A stretch of DNA of 63,468 nt, the filler included, from Octopus bimaculoides (Eukaryota), in NCBI RefSeq assembly GCF_001194135.2. It is 6 parts of 5 records of this genome, joined end to end, with 100 filler letters (N's around TTAATTAATTAA, not from the genome) between each part and the next. Parts side by side here need not be neighbours in the genome. Positions count along the whole stretch, not along the records: positions 6,220 to 30,882 come from NC_068986.1; 5 more parts are not named here. The stretch is one strand, 5' to 3'. The translations under genes and the position numbers were made by a program. Within the stretch, counting starts at the first letter, position 1, and every line of letters starts with the position of its first letter. The notes below the pieces were generated by a model, which had not been told where the DNA came from, searched no databases, and was given only the letters and a program-made list of their open reading frames with translations. Positions 13,070-27,478 of this stretch are shown piece after piece.

Positions 13070-14902
13070 TTTGGATATTGATTACCATTTCTTATATACA
13101 GCCAAAAATTGACTTGCACAGTTTCTTTGTCATTAGCTTGCAATGACTTGGGTATTTTCATTAATATGTTTTTTTCAGGAATAGAATTGTTATTTGCAGA
13201 AATGTTCTTTTAAAAGCGCAAGCTTGTTGGAACAGAGTGTCATTTTCAGTTTTTCCCATCCTTATGCTTGGTCAAATTTTAAATTTGTGAATGAATTTTT
13301 TCAAATAAAACAGTAATACACTTTTATATATTTCTTTGAAAAAATTATTAACGGTTCATTTGTTATCGAATAAATAACTGACAAACTATATTTCGGCAAC
13401 TAGCATTCTTTTATTAATACAATCCACTAATAAGACTGAATAAATCGAATGCTTGCAAGAAGCGGTTTTATTTGGAGGCGAACATATGCCAACTAGCTAT
13501 AATTGAGTTGTGACTACTACGTCACCAATTTGAATATTCCGACTTATGATTGTTCCAAGACAAGCACTGCAGCTAATTGAAACCAACTTATGTTAAATTA
13601 CTGTTTTAGTTTCGAGGCTTTACCAGCTGACGATTCCAATTTTGAATGCAGCTCTGGAACTCCATACTGAATGATATAAAAATTCTTTCGCTGTATCCTC
13701 ATTAGAGTCTTTAGTCCTGGGTTGTCGGTTAGCTGTCGTTCAGTCTAAATTGAGAACACCTTTAATCAAAGGTGCTCCAGCAGTAATCTTTCCATTGTTT
13801 TCATTTTTTCTTGTAGGGGCGGATTTGGGTGAGTGATATGTAATGTATTATTCCTTGTATAAGACGGTTATCTATAATCTAAAGGACATTTGGCTGATAT
13901 TTCTAACCGTCAAACGATTATATAGTGGTTAAACCGTCGGATCTAGTTGGCTGAGTTCTAAATGATCAAAAGCTTTTGATCAAAGGTGTTCCAACCATGA
14001 CCATCTGTTTTATTCTCAGACTTAAGTGTACCTAGGACTACTTTATCAAATATACGCTTTCTTTTTTAAGTGTCAATGGAGTTGTAGTTGCTTTTCTAGC
14101 ATATCGAACAACCACGTGGAGGCTGGTTTGTTGACTTGGGCAAAATATAAATTTGCAATTATGTAATGATTATGAGTGAAAGATGTTCAAAAGCGTCCAT
14201 CCTATGGTATTAAACATTAGTTATTTTCCTTACAATGATTAAATTTTGGAGACAGGTTAATAGGTGGAGACGAAGTCTTTAAACTGGGACAATTCACACT
14301 AATCCGAGACGCATACTAAGACATAAACTCATAAACACGCACACAGACTGTCAGTGTGAAAGTTGAGTAAACCATTTACAGGAAACTAGTTGGTGGGAGA
14401 GGAAGGCAATACAACGAGCTTTAAAAAATGAACGGAATATAAAACGGAAAGAGGACAATACAAAAGCATACACATATGTAAATATACAAATGCAAAAATC
14501 AGCATAATAAACAGCAAACATTATTCTATAAAAGTCCTAAAATCGGATGAATTTATATGCCGTGGCAGAAAAAGGAAATCTTAGGTTTTGAGGCTGTCAC
14601 TTTGTCTGAAAGAAAAATAAAATATTTTTCGATAAGGTGAAGTAAAAAGATTGTCTATAGAATGAAGCTAGTGCCTCTAAACGTCGGATTCCTGTTTTAC
14701 ACGTGGCATATATATATCTGTCCGAACTTGCGAATTGTATATTTTTTGCTAACACAGACCGTTACCAAGCACTTAAGATGCACAAACGCACGCACACGCA
14801 TATAGATTTACTTACATACATGTGTGTATAAATATATACTTACATACACACATATATTCATAGATACATGAATAAAAATATATGTATATGTGTATATGAA
14901 AA

Positions 14903-15110
14903 TGATGATGATGATGATGGCAGTCCTCTCGTAACTGAGGAAGACCATCAATGACCATTGCCCATGTAAAATGCCAGCAATGGCCGTGCATGAGGTTACT
15001 GCACCTGCAGTCGGCCTCACCCAGGTCCGCGCCCACGGATTCCATGCTCGCTGCGGTACTCTCAGGCAAATTCTGTCAGTCATAGCGAAAGTCACACTTA
15101 CAGTTGGATT
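14903..15110 (-). mobile_element. Probable RTE-type LINE 3' terminus
   Basis: The minus strand ends ...cttcctcagttacgagaggactgcc(atc)n, a typical trinucleotide tail; the upstream sequence is decayed. Confidence 0.35.
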
Positions 15111-15873
15111 GAGTGCATACCCAAAGAAACTTATAATTGGAGATGTGAAGACAAAAAGACTTTATATTTCTGACAACACGACAGTTACACTTAATGGGAA
15201 GTCTCAGTATCCCTATTTGTTAAAGTTTTACTTCAACCGAAAGCAGCTGATACAAAGATTAGAGATCTACAAAATACAAAGAAAATGTGGAACAAACAAC
15301 AGATCTCAAGAAACACCACTGAAGGCTTATCTTAGCCGATCTCTGAATTATAGAAACTGTTAGTGGCTTTCTGAATGTGCCACACTTGCCTTTCAAAATG
15401 ACATTATGCAGGATGTCAGTATCACCATCACTCAACAGGTACCAACCATCCTACTCCTAATGGTACAAGTCAGTCCACATTATAGCTAATATTAACGATA
15501 TTGCTAACTTTCCAAAAGAGTTTCTCTAATCTCTCCAGCCCACAGTTGTGTCTCCTCTCTGAAAGTAGGAGCACTCATGATGTTGTTACGAAATTTGGAT
15601 GTTCCAAGATTCAAGACTTGTAACAGTCAAAACTCTAACACCTTATGTGATCGAAGCCACCATTATGGTTGGTTCCACCAAAGGAGAAAATATTTTCATT
15701 TCGCACATTTCCCGTATTCCATCAGATATGTCATTTTCAATTAGCCATCAACAAGTCTCAAAAATAGTCCTATAAGGTTCTATATTGCATGCTTACGTGT
15801 TGACCTAGCAGACATAAGTGATGCATATCAATTAGGAATTACAAAACAATATATAATGTATGATATAAAGATA

Positions 15874-16165
15874 GGACGCGTGGTCTAGTGGTTACGATGT
15901 TCCATTCACGATCGCGAGATCGTGGTTTTGGTTCTCGAAACTGGCAGTGCATTGTGTTCCTGAACAAAATACTTCATTTCACGTTGCTCTACAATCACTT
16001 CGACATCTGACGTACAGCGCACCGTACATCTGTACAGCAATGTTAATTTGATGGCAGGAGTGAGAGAGTGTACAGCATAAACATTCGATCACTATAAACA
16101 AATCATCTGTGCAAGTTCTTCAACAGAAATTGCGGAACCCTCATCTGTCGTCTACGACCGGAGAA
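15874..16165 (+). mobile_element. tRNA-derived SINE family D
   Basis: Head ggacgcgtggtctagtggtta..; a related copy lies at about 52830-52960. Confidence 0.55.
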
Positions 16166-17004
16166 TCCATGATTTTCTTAAATCATGAAAATTACAATTA
16201 CCAGTATATACAGCCTTAAAAGCATCACACATGGAAACATGAACAATCCAACTTCAGATACAAATCTACTACTCAAAAAAAAAAAAAAAANNNNNNNNNN
16301 NNNNNNNNNNNNNNNNNNNNNNNNNNNNNNNNNNNNNNNNNNNNNNNNNNNNNNNNNNNNNNNNNNNNNNNNNNNNNNNNNNNNNNNNNNNNNNNNNNNN
16401 NNNNNNNNNNNNNNNNNNNNNNNNNNNNNNNNNNNNNNNNNNNNNNNNNNNNNNNNNNNNNNNNNNNNNNNNNNNNNNNNNNNNNNNNNNNNNNNNNNNN
16501 NNNNNNNNNNNNNNNNNNNNNNNNNNNNNNNNNNNNNNNNNNNNNNNNNNNNNNNNNNNNNNNNNNNNNNNNNNNNNNNNNNNNNNNNNNNNNNNNNNNN
16601 NNNNNNNNNNNNNNNNNNNNNNNNNNNNNNNNNNNNNNNNNNNNNNNNNNNNNNNNNNNNNNNNNNNNNNNNNNNNNNNNNNNNNNNNNNNNNNNNNNNN
16701 NNNNNNNNNNNNNNNNNNNNNNNNNNNNNNNNNNNNNNNNNNNNNNNNNNNNNNNNNNNNNNNNNNNNNNNNNNNNNNNNNNNNNNNNNNNNNNNNNNNN
16801 NNNNNNNNNNNNNNNNNNNNNNNNNNNNNNNNNNNNNNNNNNNNNNNNNNNNNNNNNNNNNNNNNNNNNNNNNNATGCGCGTGTGTGTGTGTATGTGTGC
16901 GTGCGCGTGCATATATGTGCATGTATACATACATATATGCACACACACATATATACATACATACATATACATATATATTATGAAAGATGTTTGAGAATGT
17001 GTGT

Positions 17005-17050
<46 letters not shown>

Positions 17051-18049
17051 GTGAGAGTGAGAGAGAGAGTGTGTGTGAGAGTGAGAGAGAGAGAAAGAGA
17101 GAGATTAATGGAAAACTTGAAGAGGAAAAGTATGATGTAACAAAATGACTTTTTCGTGACTCATGCTAACATTGCCACTTAATTATTGCTTCATAACAAT
17201 TTTCAGTCTCTCCACATCTCTCTTCGTGTTTCATTCTTGTTTTACTCGAAGAAATCCTCCGACCAGTATTTCTGTTATTCATGTATCATTCAGGGTTGCA
17301 TCTGGATCTCTAGGCGAAACATGGTAAAGATTTGCGAGAAATGGCGACGTTGTTTAATTCAAAGAGACAAGCATCACCGCTTACAAATATAGATACAGGA
17401 AACACTTCGCGAATTAGTTTCAGAAATGTTAGAGAAATGAAGGGGAAAATAACTATGGGCTGTTGATGATATCCTATTCCTAAGTGATACTAAACGGAAT
17501 CTAAAGATGAACTAAGCAAATTCCAAAGAAACCCAGCAGCACAATACTATGAAAAGAACAATTAAATTAGTGAGAAAAATGAAGGCGGTCAAGAAGTGGA
17601 TAAAGAGACTCGTGTGATAGCATCGAATCTGGGATAAAGGAAGACAACAAAATCGCTTGTCAGACGATAAAAATGATAAAAGAAAGGAAAAGAAAAACGA
17701 AGCAACCTATCCTTACTATCATTGAGAATAGAAAAAAAAAGGATCTTCTTCCGCTTCTCTCTCTCTCTCTTTTCGCTCTCCTCTTCGAGACTGCTCAAAA
17801 GCAGAAGATGGTCTGAGTATTGCAAGGAATTTATCTTGCGCACAGAAAAACCAGAACGAACATTCGCAAATAAGTATGGCATGTATACATGCCCATCTGT
17901 CGCCAGTAAATATGGATACCCTCTCTGCCATACCACCCTTGACCCAGCAGAGTATCAAGTGACAAGTGGAGAGAAAGGGACTGATCCAGTCCTGGGGGTC
18001 ATACTTATTTNNNNNNNNNNNNNNNNNNNNNNNNNNNNNNNNNNNNNNN

Positions 18050-19825
18050 ATTCCGACAGCTCATCGCAACCGAGGGGTACATAGCACAGCAAGTATTCAA
18101 CTGGCCTTTTTTTTTTGGATAAATATGCCTAGAAGAACCTACATAACTGTAAGGGAGAATAAAATGCCAGGCCACAAGCATATGAAGGATAGGCTAACTC
18201 TCGTCTTTTGTGCCAATGCGAGTGGAGACTTGAAGATTAAACCGTTCCTTGTCTACTATTCCGAAAACCCACGAGCGTTCAAGTCGCACAAAATCCTGAA
18301 GGAGAAGCTGCAGGTCATGTGGAAGGCAAACATTAAAGCCTGGGTCAACCTTGCCTTCTCCGAGTGGGTCAACCTTGCTTTCGGACCAGCAGTGAAAAAG
18401 TACCTTCTGAAGAACAGTCTTCCTCTGAAGGGGTTCCTCGTCCTCGACAATGTTCCTGCTCACCTCCCTAACCTCGGAAATGATACCCTGGACGAATTTA
18501 AATTTATAAATGTTATGTACCTTTCACTCAACACCACCCCTATTTTTCAGCCCATGGACCAACAGGTGATTTCTAATTTTAAGAAATTGTACACCAAACA
18601 CCTGTTTCGTTGGTGCTTTGAACTGACCGAAAATCTAAATTTAACCCTTCGTGAGTTTTAGAAAGAACACTACAACATTGTAAACTGCGTGAAAATCATC
18701 GATATGGCTTGACAGGGTGTGACGAGGAGAACGCTGAATTCTGCATAGAGGAAACTGTGGCCTGACTGCGTACCTGAAAGATACTTCGATGGGTTTGAGA
18801 CTAAGACACCTGTAGTCGAGAAGATAGTGTCTCTTGGCAAGTCCATGGGCCTTGAGGTTGATGATGGGGACATTAACGATCTCGTCGAGGAATACTGGAA
18901 GGAGCTGACGACTTCTGCAACTTCAAGAGCAGCAGCATTCGGATGCGGGAGAAGAGATTGGTTTTCCGGAGGAGGACAGTATAGCGGAGAATGCTATCTC
19001 TACGAGTGACACAAAGGCAGTGTTGACAAAGTGGCAGTATGTTCCTGAATCTGTAGAAAAATATCATCCTGAAAAAGTAGTTGCATGTCTTACAGCTGCT
19101 TTATTTAATGACACTGCTCTGGTTCATTTTCCTAACATTTTGAAAGGCAAGAAAAAGCAGACTTCTCTTGATGTTTCTAATGAATCGACCTGCAAATGTA
19201 AAAAGTGAAGAAAGTGTGTTCAAAAAGCCTAGATTAAGCGGATAGAGAAAACGCCAGAAATTGTTCTTCCTGAAGTCCTAATGGTAAGAGATTCTCCTTC
19301 CAAACAGTAATCCTCCTCCTCCCCCGCACGAATTCTTTTCTACTCTAGGCACAAGGCCCGAAATTTTGGGGGAGAGAGCCAGTCGATTAGATCGACCGCA
19401 GTACGCAACTGGTACTTAATTTACCGACCCAGAAAGGATGAAAGGCAAATTTGAACTGAGAACATAAGGACAGACGAAATACCGCTAAGCATTTCGCCCA
19501 GTGTTGCTAACGTTTCTGCCAGTTCGCCGCCTTTCCACACGCACATGTCCCATTTTAAGGTAATTCAGTTAATAAAACCAGTTTACGTATTTCTTTTACA
19601 TTCTCTTTTTTTATAATTATCATTTTACTTGTAACTATATCTTTTCTGTTTTAAAACCCATAAAATAAAATTTAAAAATCAATTTGGGGCGTTTTCCGAG
19701 GGTTGAAACAGATTAATTATATTTTTGTTAATTTCAATGGGGGAAAAGTTGATTTGTAAAACGAGTAAATCATAAAACGAGCTCGGACATGGAACGAATT
19801 AAACTCGTACTGCGAGGTATCACTA
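18050..19825 (+). mobile_element. Tigger/pogo-family DNA transposon (degenerate DDE_1 transposase) with right TIR
   Basis: PGHKHMKDRLTLVFCANASGDLKIKP, LVLDNVPAH and TTPIFQPMDQQVISNFK motifs with stops and frameshifts. Right end ctcgtactgcgaggtatcacta; a SINE is inserted at about 19335-19532. Confidence 0.9.
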
Positions 19826-20293
19826 TATATATAGTGTAGACATCAGGCGTATTAAGAATATTGTTTAACATACTTTCGTCGCATGAAACTAATAGTAGCA
19901 CATAAAAACATATATTGTGTTTATTAACTCATTCACACACACACATATACATACATGAAATGTTAATATTTCCATGCACGTACATATGAACGTGTTAAAA
20001 AAGAAAAAAAAACATTCAACGTATGCGTGCGTGACATTTCGAAGAGATGAAACTTCGAAGTTACTGCATAACTTTAAAAAAATGAAGCAAAATAAAAACT
20101 CAGTTATATTACAAGATATTAGACAGTAGATATCCCAAGAAAAGGAAAGAAAACGACAGCAATAGACCAATAGATAAGAGAGCATTAAAAGAGTGCTATA
20201 GTTAACTAGAGTAGAAGGAAAAAACCAGAGAAATTCGAGATACATGAAGTAAGAAGCAGATAACAGTGAGTGGGGTTGGTAGAGTGAGAGGAA

Positions 20294-20327
<34 letters not shown>

Positions 20328-21306
20328 TAACAGCGCCGCCTAATGTCGAAATTTGATTGGCTAAGCGACAGACATGTAAAGCACTAGCAGACAGTAATAT
20401 ATTCATTAGTGTATGAGATCGCTACCTCTATAGTAGGTTGTATTTATGTATATAATATATATGCATTTACGTAAAAGGTTTTATATAGATAAAGCTTTCA
20501 TTCAGATACAGTGATTTAATAATACGTTTCTATATGTAAATATACATCCCATTATTTATATATAAATAGAAAGAGAGATATAGACAAAAAGATCTTTATA
20601 TATACGTATGTGTGTGTGTTAAACAAGACGAACTGAAATATATTATTATGTATAAAGATAATATGACTTAAATTAAGCCACTCTATACAGCCTAAATAAC
20701 ACACAATAGCCAGTAACTAATTATTTTCTTATTTTTGATGTTTAATGGTCAATTACTATAAAAGAAAAGAAAACAACATATTAAACAAGATCGAACGAAT
20801 AACAAAAGTTCCATTGATAATCCATATCAAGTGAAGTGATAATTATATATATNNNNNNNNNNNNNNNNNNNNNNNNNNNNNNNNNNNNNNNNNNNNNNNN
20901 NNNNNNNNNNNNNNNNNNNNNNNNNNNNNNNNNNNNNNNNNNNNNNNNNNNNNNNNNNNNNNNNNNNNNNNNNNNNNNNNNNNNNNNNNNNNNNNNNNNN
21001 NNNNNNNNNNNNNNNNNNNNNNNNNNNNNNNNNNNNNNNNNNNNNNNNNNNNNNNNNNNNNNNNNNNNNNNNNNNNNNNNNNNNNNNNNNNNNNNNNNNN
21101 NNNNNNNNNNNNNNNNNNNNNNNNNNNNNNNNNNNNNNNNNNNNNNNNNNNNNNNNNNNNNNNNNNNNNNNNNNNNNNNNNNNNNNNNNNNNNNNNNNNN
21201 NNNNNNNNNNNNNNNNNNNNNNNNNNNNNNNNNNNNNNNNNNNNNNNNNNNNNNNNNNNNNNNNNNNNNNNNNNNNNNNNNNNNNNNNNNNNNNNNNNNN
21301 NNNNNN

Positions 21307-21356
<50 letters not shown>

Positions 21357-21877
21357 CACACTCACGCTTATCTTACATTTTCTTTTGCTCCGTATTGAAG
21401 TACGTTTGTGGTTGTAGTTATGTGTGTTTGTATGTGTGTGTGTGTATGTATATTCGGGGTTCACTCTTAAAGGATGGCAAACTGCTGGATATCCTAGTTA
21501 ACCCCAATCTATAGTTGTCGTTTTTGTTTGTTTTCATTGATTTAGCAACCTTGTTTCTTGAATAAATTGGTTTGTTGTTTGTGATTGTAATGTTAGTGGT
21601 TGTCGATGATCGTGTGTGTGGCTGTTGATGTCTTCACTATCATCGATAGATAATTCTTTCATCAGAGATGGACACAGACATTAACCCTTTCGAATTATGT
21701 CTATTTGTCCCCCCACCTCCTTCCGTGTTTTTATATATATGTATATTATACACATACATTATCTTTCTCTCTCTTTCGTGCGTGTGTGTGTATATATACA
21801 CATGTAATCTGTCTTTAGTTTTACATGTCTCGATACATTCCTGTTGTACATTTAACTCTTCTCTCTCCCTCTCCCCC

Positions 21878-21948
<71 letters not shown>

Positions 21949-22262
21949 GTGAGTGTGTTCTGTTAAACCAGCCGGCTTCATCCACCATATCCTTTAAATA
22001 CGAATGCTTTTGGACTTAATCATGTTTTATGTCAAAAGAATAAATAGTTTAAATGTATATCCGTCCTGTAAGTTGTGCCTGTATATTTGAACGTGTCACT
22101 GTTAACTCTTTCACTACAATCTATCTATTCGCCACGTATGAACATGTCTGAGACATGATTCGCAAACTCTGTCGAATATCTTTTGCAGAATGAGAAGGTT
22201 CTACTAGCACTGATTTGGTTCCTTTATATAGCTTCTTCATGGCAATACTCGAAGTCCCATAC

Positions 22263-22319
22263 CTCATGGTAGAACAGAAAGGGGTATGGAAGTAGTAGAG
22301 GTGCCAGAAATGCAAAAAA
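22263..22319 (-). CDS. Candidate exon 4 of the divergent gene (FFAFLAPLLLPYPFLFYHE)
   Basis: Acceptor attattttctctag, donor GAG|GTATGG; 57 nt, phase 0-0, hydrophobic. Confidence 0.45.
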
Positions 22320-22910
22320 CTAGAGAAAATAATCTTCTGGGCATCATAATTTCAGTTGTATAAAACACGGGAATACTTGAAACAAAAAAAATAATGAAAA
22401 CTGCCTCTTCCTATGTGGCATGGGACTTCGAAGGACAACTATTCTAAAGCTATATATACATACACGTGTATCGATATACAGATGTCTGAGTTTGTATATA
22501 ATCACTTACCCAAAGCTGATAAATATTACATGCGTGTATATACACTTATTTGGTGTAAAATGACAAATTTTTCTAATAATTCTATCTCATTCGATTTCAG
22601 TGCACACCTCATTTTATGTAACCTGTCTGCTCATCACTGTCCTTGCGACAAATAAAATAAATCATTATTTCCAATTATATATGTATATATATATACAGAC
22701 GCATAAATATGCATGTATAACATATATATAATTTAATGTACACAGTGTAACAGTTTACAGATACAAACTACTTGTAGTTTCATGCATTGGAGACCTGAGT
22801 TCAAGCAGATTTTTATGCATGGAACTATTAGTAGCTTGTATCTTTATATTGTGTACATTAAAAGATATCTATTGCTCACTGGGTGGAATTCTTTGTTTTG
22901 TTGATCTTAC

Positions 22911-22954
22911 CTTAACGGAACAGGTATACACATATTTATATAATAGTGTAGGGC
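22911..22954 (-). CDS. Candidate exon 3 of the divergent gene (PTLLYKYVYTCSVK)
   Basis: Acceptor tttctatcctatcag, strong donor AAG|GTAAGA; 44 nt, phase 1 to 0. Confidence 0.45.
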
Positions 22955-25900
22955 CTGATAGGATAGAAATCGGTATATTTCTTATGCAGCACTCAACACG
23001 AACTTCGGGCTATCTATACTCTCACATTGGAACTTGAGAAAAATTCAAGGTTCACTGGTGCAAAAGCTCCAGGTGCCTCATTTGTTAAAGGCAATAATTA
23101 TTACGAAGATTAACATATACAAGACGAATAGTGATGAAGGAATTTGTTTTTGTGTAAGCAACTACATGCATTCTTCGTATCCTTATTCGTGTAATATAGA
23201 CTACACACACATATATATATACATATGTATATACATATACACACATATATATATATACATATATATCCATACACATAATATATATTTATATAAACATACA
23301 TATATATCTATACACACATATATACATACAAATATATATATACACATACATAAATATATACATATATATAAATATATATATATATATGTATATACATATA
23401 CGTGTACATATATGTATGTATATAAATATACGTGTACATACATATATCTGGATATAAATATACGTGTACATACATATATATGTATATAAATGTGTGCAAA
23501 CATATATGTATGTATATAAATATACGTGTACGTACACACATAAACATGTATATATAATGAATACACACACACATATATACATACATACGCATAACTAGAG
23601 ACAATGCCCATACATATATACAGGACTTATAATAATCTAGACTGTTTGGTCCTTCACAGATTGTGTGTTCGAATCTTGACTGATCAACATTTATCTCTTT
23701 CTGGGGTTGATAAATAAAGAACAGTGTAACTCTCCCTCACAGATTTTCCTTCCGAAATAAATAATAGAAAAAGGGGAAAAAAAGCCAGTGTTATCCTTGA
23801 TGCCTTGTTAAAAATCTTGTCAGGATCGGTTTGCTGATAGTAGTAGTAGTGTTACGGCTATTTGGGTCCCAGTTCAGAGACAGTCGAATTTATAAGATAT
23901 TAACCATGTTTCAGGTTGATGCAAAGCATTTGTGGGAGGGGGAGGAACATCATCATCATCATCAAGTCATCAATATCACAGATTTAATATAATGTTGCCT
24001 TTCTAACAAGTTTCATGTTGATTTCCCCAACTATACGCGTCTTGTATTTCATACACGCATGTATGCGTCTACACTACCGTGGAGTATATATATATATATA
24101 TATATATACATATACATACATGTGTGTATGTAATATATGCATCCAACGACCTAGCTAGCAAGCGGCCAACCAACCAACCAACCAACCAGTCAGTCAGGGT
24201 TTGTGTGACTACGCATTACACATACATACATACATAGAAGCAGCCGTATTATTCGTAGCATGTGTACATGTCGCTTCGACCAATTCATTCAGTAGTTGAG
24301 ACTTCGGTCACGAGGGTAAAAATTGTCAAGTCGGCTGCTGCATGCGTTCCTCTTCCTTCTACTCATCTGGATCTCTTATATAAACACACACATATATACA
24401 CACTCCCTCTCTCTTTTTCTCTTTCCTCCCACATTTTAGCTCTCTTATGACTATTATTGTCTTTTCAATCCCTCTATCTCTTTTTTTTTTATTACTTTTT
24501 CACTCATACATTCCATGCCTTCTACCCTCTTTCGTGTCTAATCTCCTACTTGCTCCCTCTCATCTTCTTTTATTCTCTCTCTTCATATAATTTTTTTGCA
24601 CAATCTTGCCTCTGTTACTTCTTTCCACCCGTATTTCTTTCACATTCCTTTTCTTTGAATCTCTTTGTTTATTCTCATATCTACCTTTATTCTTTCTTGA
24701 TCTTTCTTTCTCAATCGTCTTCTATATTTTGACTGCCTCTCTCCTATTTCCATTTTACACTTTCTCAATTTCTTTTTGCCTTAAGCTCCTTATTCGTTCT
24801 GCCAATCTTATTTTCTTTCTCTCTCTCTCACACACACATACATTTTCTTTCTTTTTAATATTACCACTCTATCTCCTATTTTGTTTTTCTTTACCCCCTT
24901 TAATAATTTTATCATGTAATTTCCATACTTTATGTCTATTGTTCTCTCTTTAAGCATTCACTCAAACCTCATTAACTCTTTCCTTTTCTTAATGCTTAAT
25001 ATGTTGTATCTTTATAATCTTACATCCTCTTGCTCTCATTCTTTCTTCAACTCTTTACCCCCCCCCTCACTGAAACCCAGTCTTTCTTCATAATATCCAT
25101 CGTTACACTGTTACCTCTCTCTCCATTTCCTTTGCTTCTTTTTTTCTTTCTCTATAGTCACTTAAATCTCTCTCCAGCCTCCACTTCCTTTGCTAATTCT
25201 CCTTCCTGCCACAAACTTGATTCTTGTACGCCCCCTCCCTCCCTCTTTATTTATCGTAAATAAATTAATCACAAATTATAAACAAACGCGCAAGTCACTT
25301 CAATAAAACATGTTTGAAGTCGGTGCTGTACATATTATTTTGTAATGTGTTGTAGGCGATCCTGTCTATAGCACTACACACAGTTTGTTGAAAGGCTTAG
25401 CAAATAAAAGTACTCAATAAAATACGCGTGTTTTTAATGTAGAAAATGAGAGAAATACATCCTTGAGTATATTTATTCCCACGATGGTAGTGATTCATGG
25501 AGTCGCTGCTACTTGAGAGTTTCGCGTTCGATATTGATGTGATCCTTTAAACAAGGTTGAGTAGAAGGATTGCTTTGAGTGAAAAATTCATTAGTGACAC
25601 AGTGAAGTACCAGTTTCATACAAGTATATATTTTAAAAAGATATTGAATTCGGCCATACATACTAAGGGACGTGTGTGTGCATGTAATAATTGAATATAT
25701 GCACTCTTTTAATCTTAGACTGATTTGTCATTCAAAAAACGATAATGCTGGGGATATACCCCTTACATGACTCAATTCTCTGGTACAAATTTTATCTAAC
25801 TCCAAGGGAGATAAAGACGGATTTAGAAAGATAGCCTAAAGGGGCATAACCGGAGAAGGACGAAATAACTACAAGGTACTTTTGTTCGACACTACTTTTT

Positions 25901-26281
25901 CCATTTGATACCAATGTGATTTGTAAATAGGTACAAGTATAATACTTCAAGTGAGTGTATGTGTACAAAGACTCCCACATGTGTATGTGTATTTATAAAT
26001 AATATATATATGTTACAAACAAATAAAATATGCATGATTTATAAATAGAATGTATATATTAATAAATCAAATGTTTCTGTGTACTAATAAATAAAATATA
26101 CATTAAATATATTTTATATATGATTGTGTGTGTATATATATATATGTTAGGAAGGGCATCCAGCTGTAGAAACTCTGCCAGATCAGTTTGGAACCTGGTG
26201 CAGCCTTCTGGTTCACCAGTCCTAAGTCAAATCATCCAACCCATGCTAGCATGGAAGGCGGACGTTAAACGATGATAATGA

Positions 26282-26326
<45 letters not shown>

Positions 26327-26722
26327 AAATCATTGTTTTTAACATCCACTTTTTCATGCTTGCACGAGTCTGACTGAATTCATTGAGGCAGATATTCTAT
26401 AATTTGATAGCTTTCCTATCACCAACCCTCACCTGTTTCTGTGCAAGGTAATATTACCCCATAGTTGGACATTTTTACAGAAGGCTGGAAACAAGGGACA
26501 CCACTTTGATGTCAGTGAAGCTTGTTTATACACACACATACATTGTGAGGAGTATCATTCAGTTTTCATCTACCAAATCCACATACAAGGCTTTGGTTGT
26601 CCCAGGACTATAGCAGAAATCACACATGTCCAAATACCCAGCATTGGAATTGACCTCAAAGCTATGTATGCTTAACCAGCATGAACCTGCTATACTCCCT
26701 CCTTCTTTTACACTTTAACCCC

Positions 26723-27200
26723 TCATCCCCTAGCATGTCCAACATGACCATTGAAGTTACCAGTCACAAAGAGAAGGTCTCTGTCATTCGTTGACGAAGT
26801 AGTCGGCAAGAGGGTGTCATAAAATCGGTCTTTCTGTCCATCGAGTAGCTTGGGCTGAGGGGCATAGGCCGAGATAATGGTTGCTAACCCATGGTGAAGG
26901 ACTAATCTAATCTTAAGTATTCTATTGCATACTCTGGCTACCTCGATTGCCTTATCAACCCATTTCTCTGCAAGAAGTATACCCATGCCCCTGACCCTGT
27001 CTGTGTTCCCTGCCCAGAAAATCTTGTACCTGTGTTCTTTGCCTGTGAGGAGCCTAGCGGAACCTCCTCTCCACCTTACTTTTTGGAGGCAGCAGATATC
27101 AACATATCTCCGTTCAAGCATCTCAACAATCTCACCAGTGTGCCGACGTTGAGAGTGCCAACCCTGAGGGTGTGGGAGGTATGGGCCCGTGAGACCCTGG
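26723..27200 (-). mobile_element. RTE LINE 5' fragment (APE endonuclease)
   Basis: LRVGTLNVGTL, DICCLQKVRW, IISAYAPQ and TGNFNGHVG endonuclease motifs. Confidence 0.9.
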
Positions 27201-27404
27201 AGCGGGGAACGGCAGCGTCATGTACCTGAAGAGAGAGCTCGCATTTTGCAGAATTCATAAACAATCAGTAGCATTCATTTCAACCTGCATCTACTACACT
27301 ATTGTTTTGCACTATATGATCGCTACCTTACATAGGAAATAAACCCTAAGTGGGGGTGGGGGTGGCGTGAAGCCTTTAGAAATGTTCATGGGAGACAGCC
27401 AGGG

Positions 27405-27478
27405 ACTTACGGTACTGGTGGAGAGTATAGGAACTTCCGGTACTGGTGGAGAAAATAGGAACTTCTGGTACTGGTGGA
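27405..27478. repeat. ~28-bp tandem repeat, about 2.4 copies
   Basis: ggtactggtggaga..atagga.cttc.g is repeated. Confidence 0.7.

Noticed and set aside
17830-18010. MsrB-like peptide LDPAEYQVTSGEKGTDP and a 16-bp palindrome at 17878-17893
   Set aside because: The similarity is short and has an indel, there are no other MsrB motifs, and both strands have equally open frames.
22189-23113. Plus-strand two-exon small secreted peptide model (22189-22268 plus 22990-23113; NEKVLLALIWFLYIASS...KGNNYYED*)
   Set aside because: The phases fit, but there is no start codon, the donor (GTAGAA) is weak, and it overlaps the better-supported minus-strand exon. Not excluded; RNA-seq would decide.
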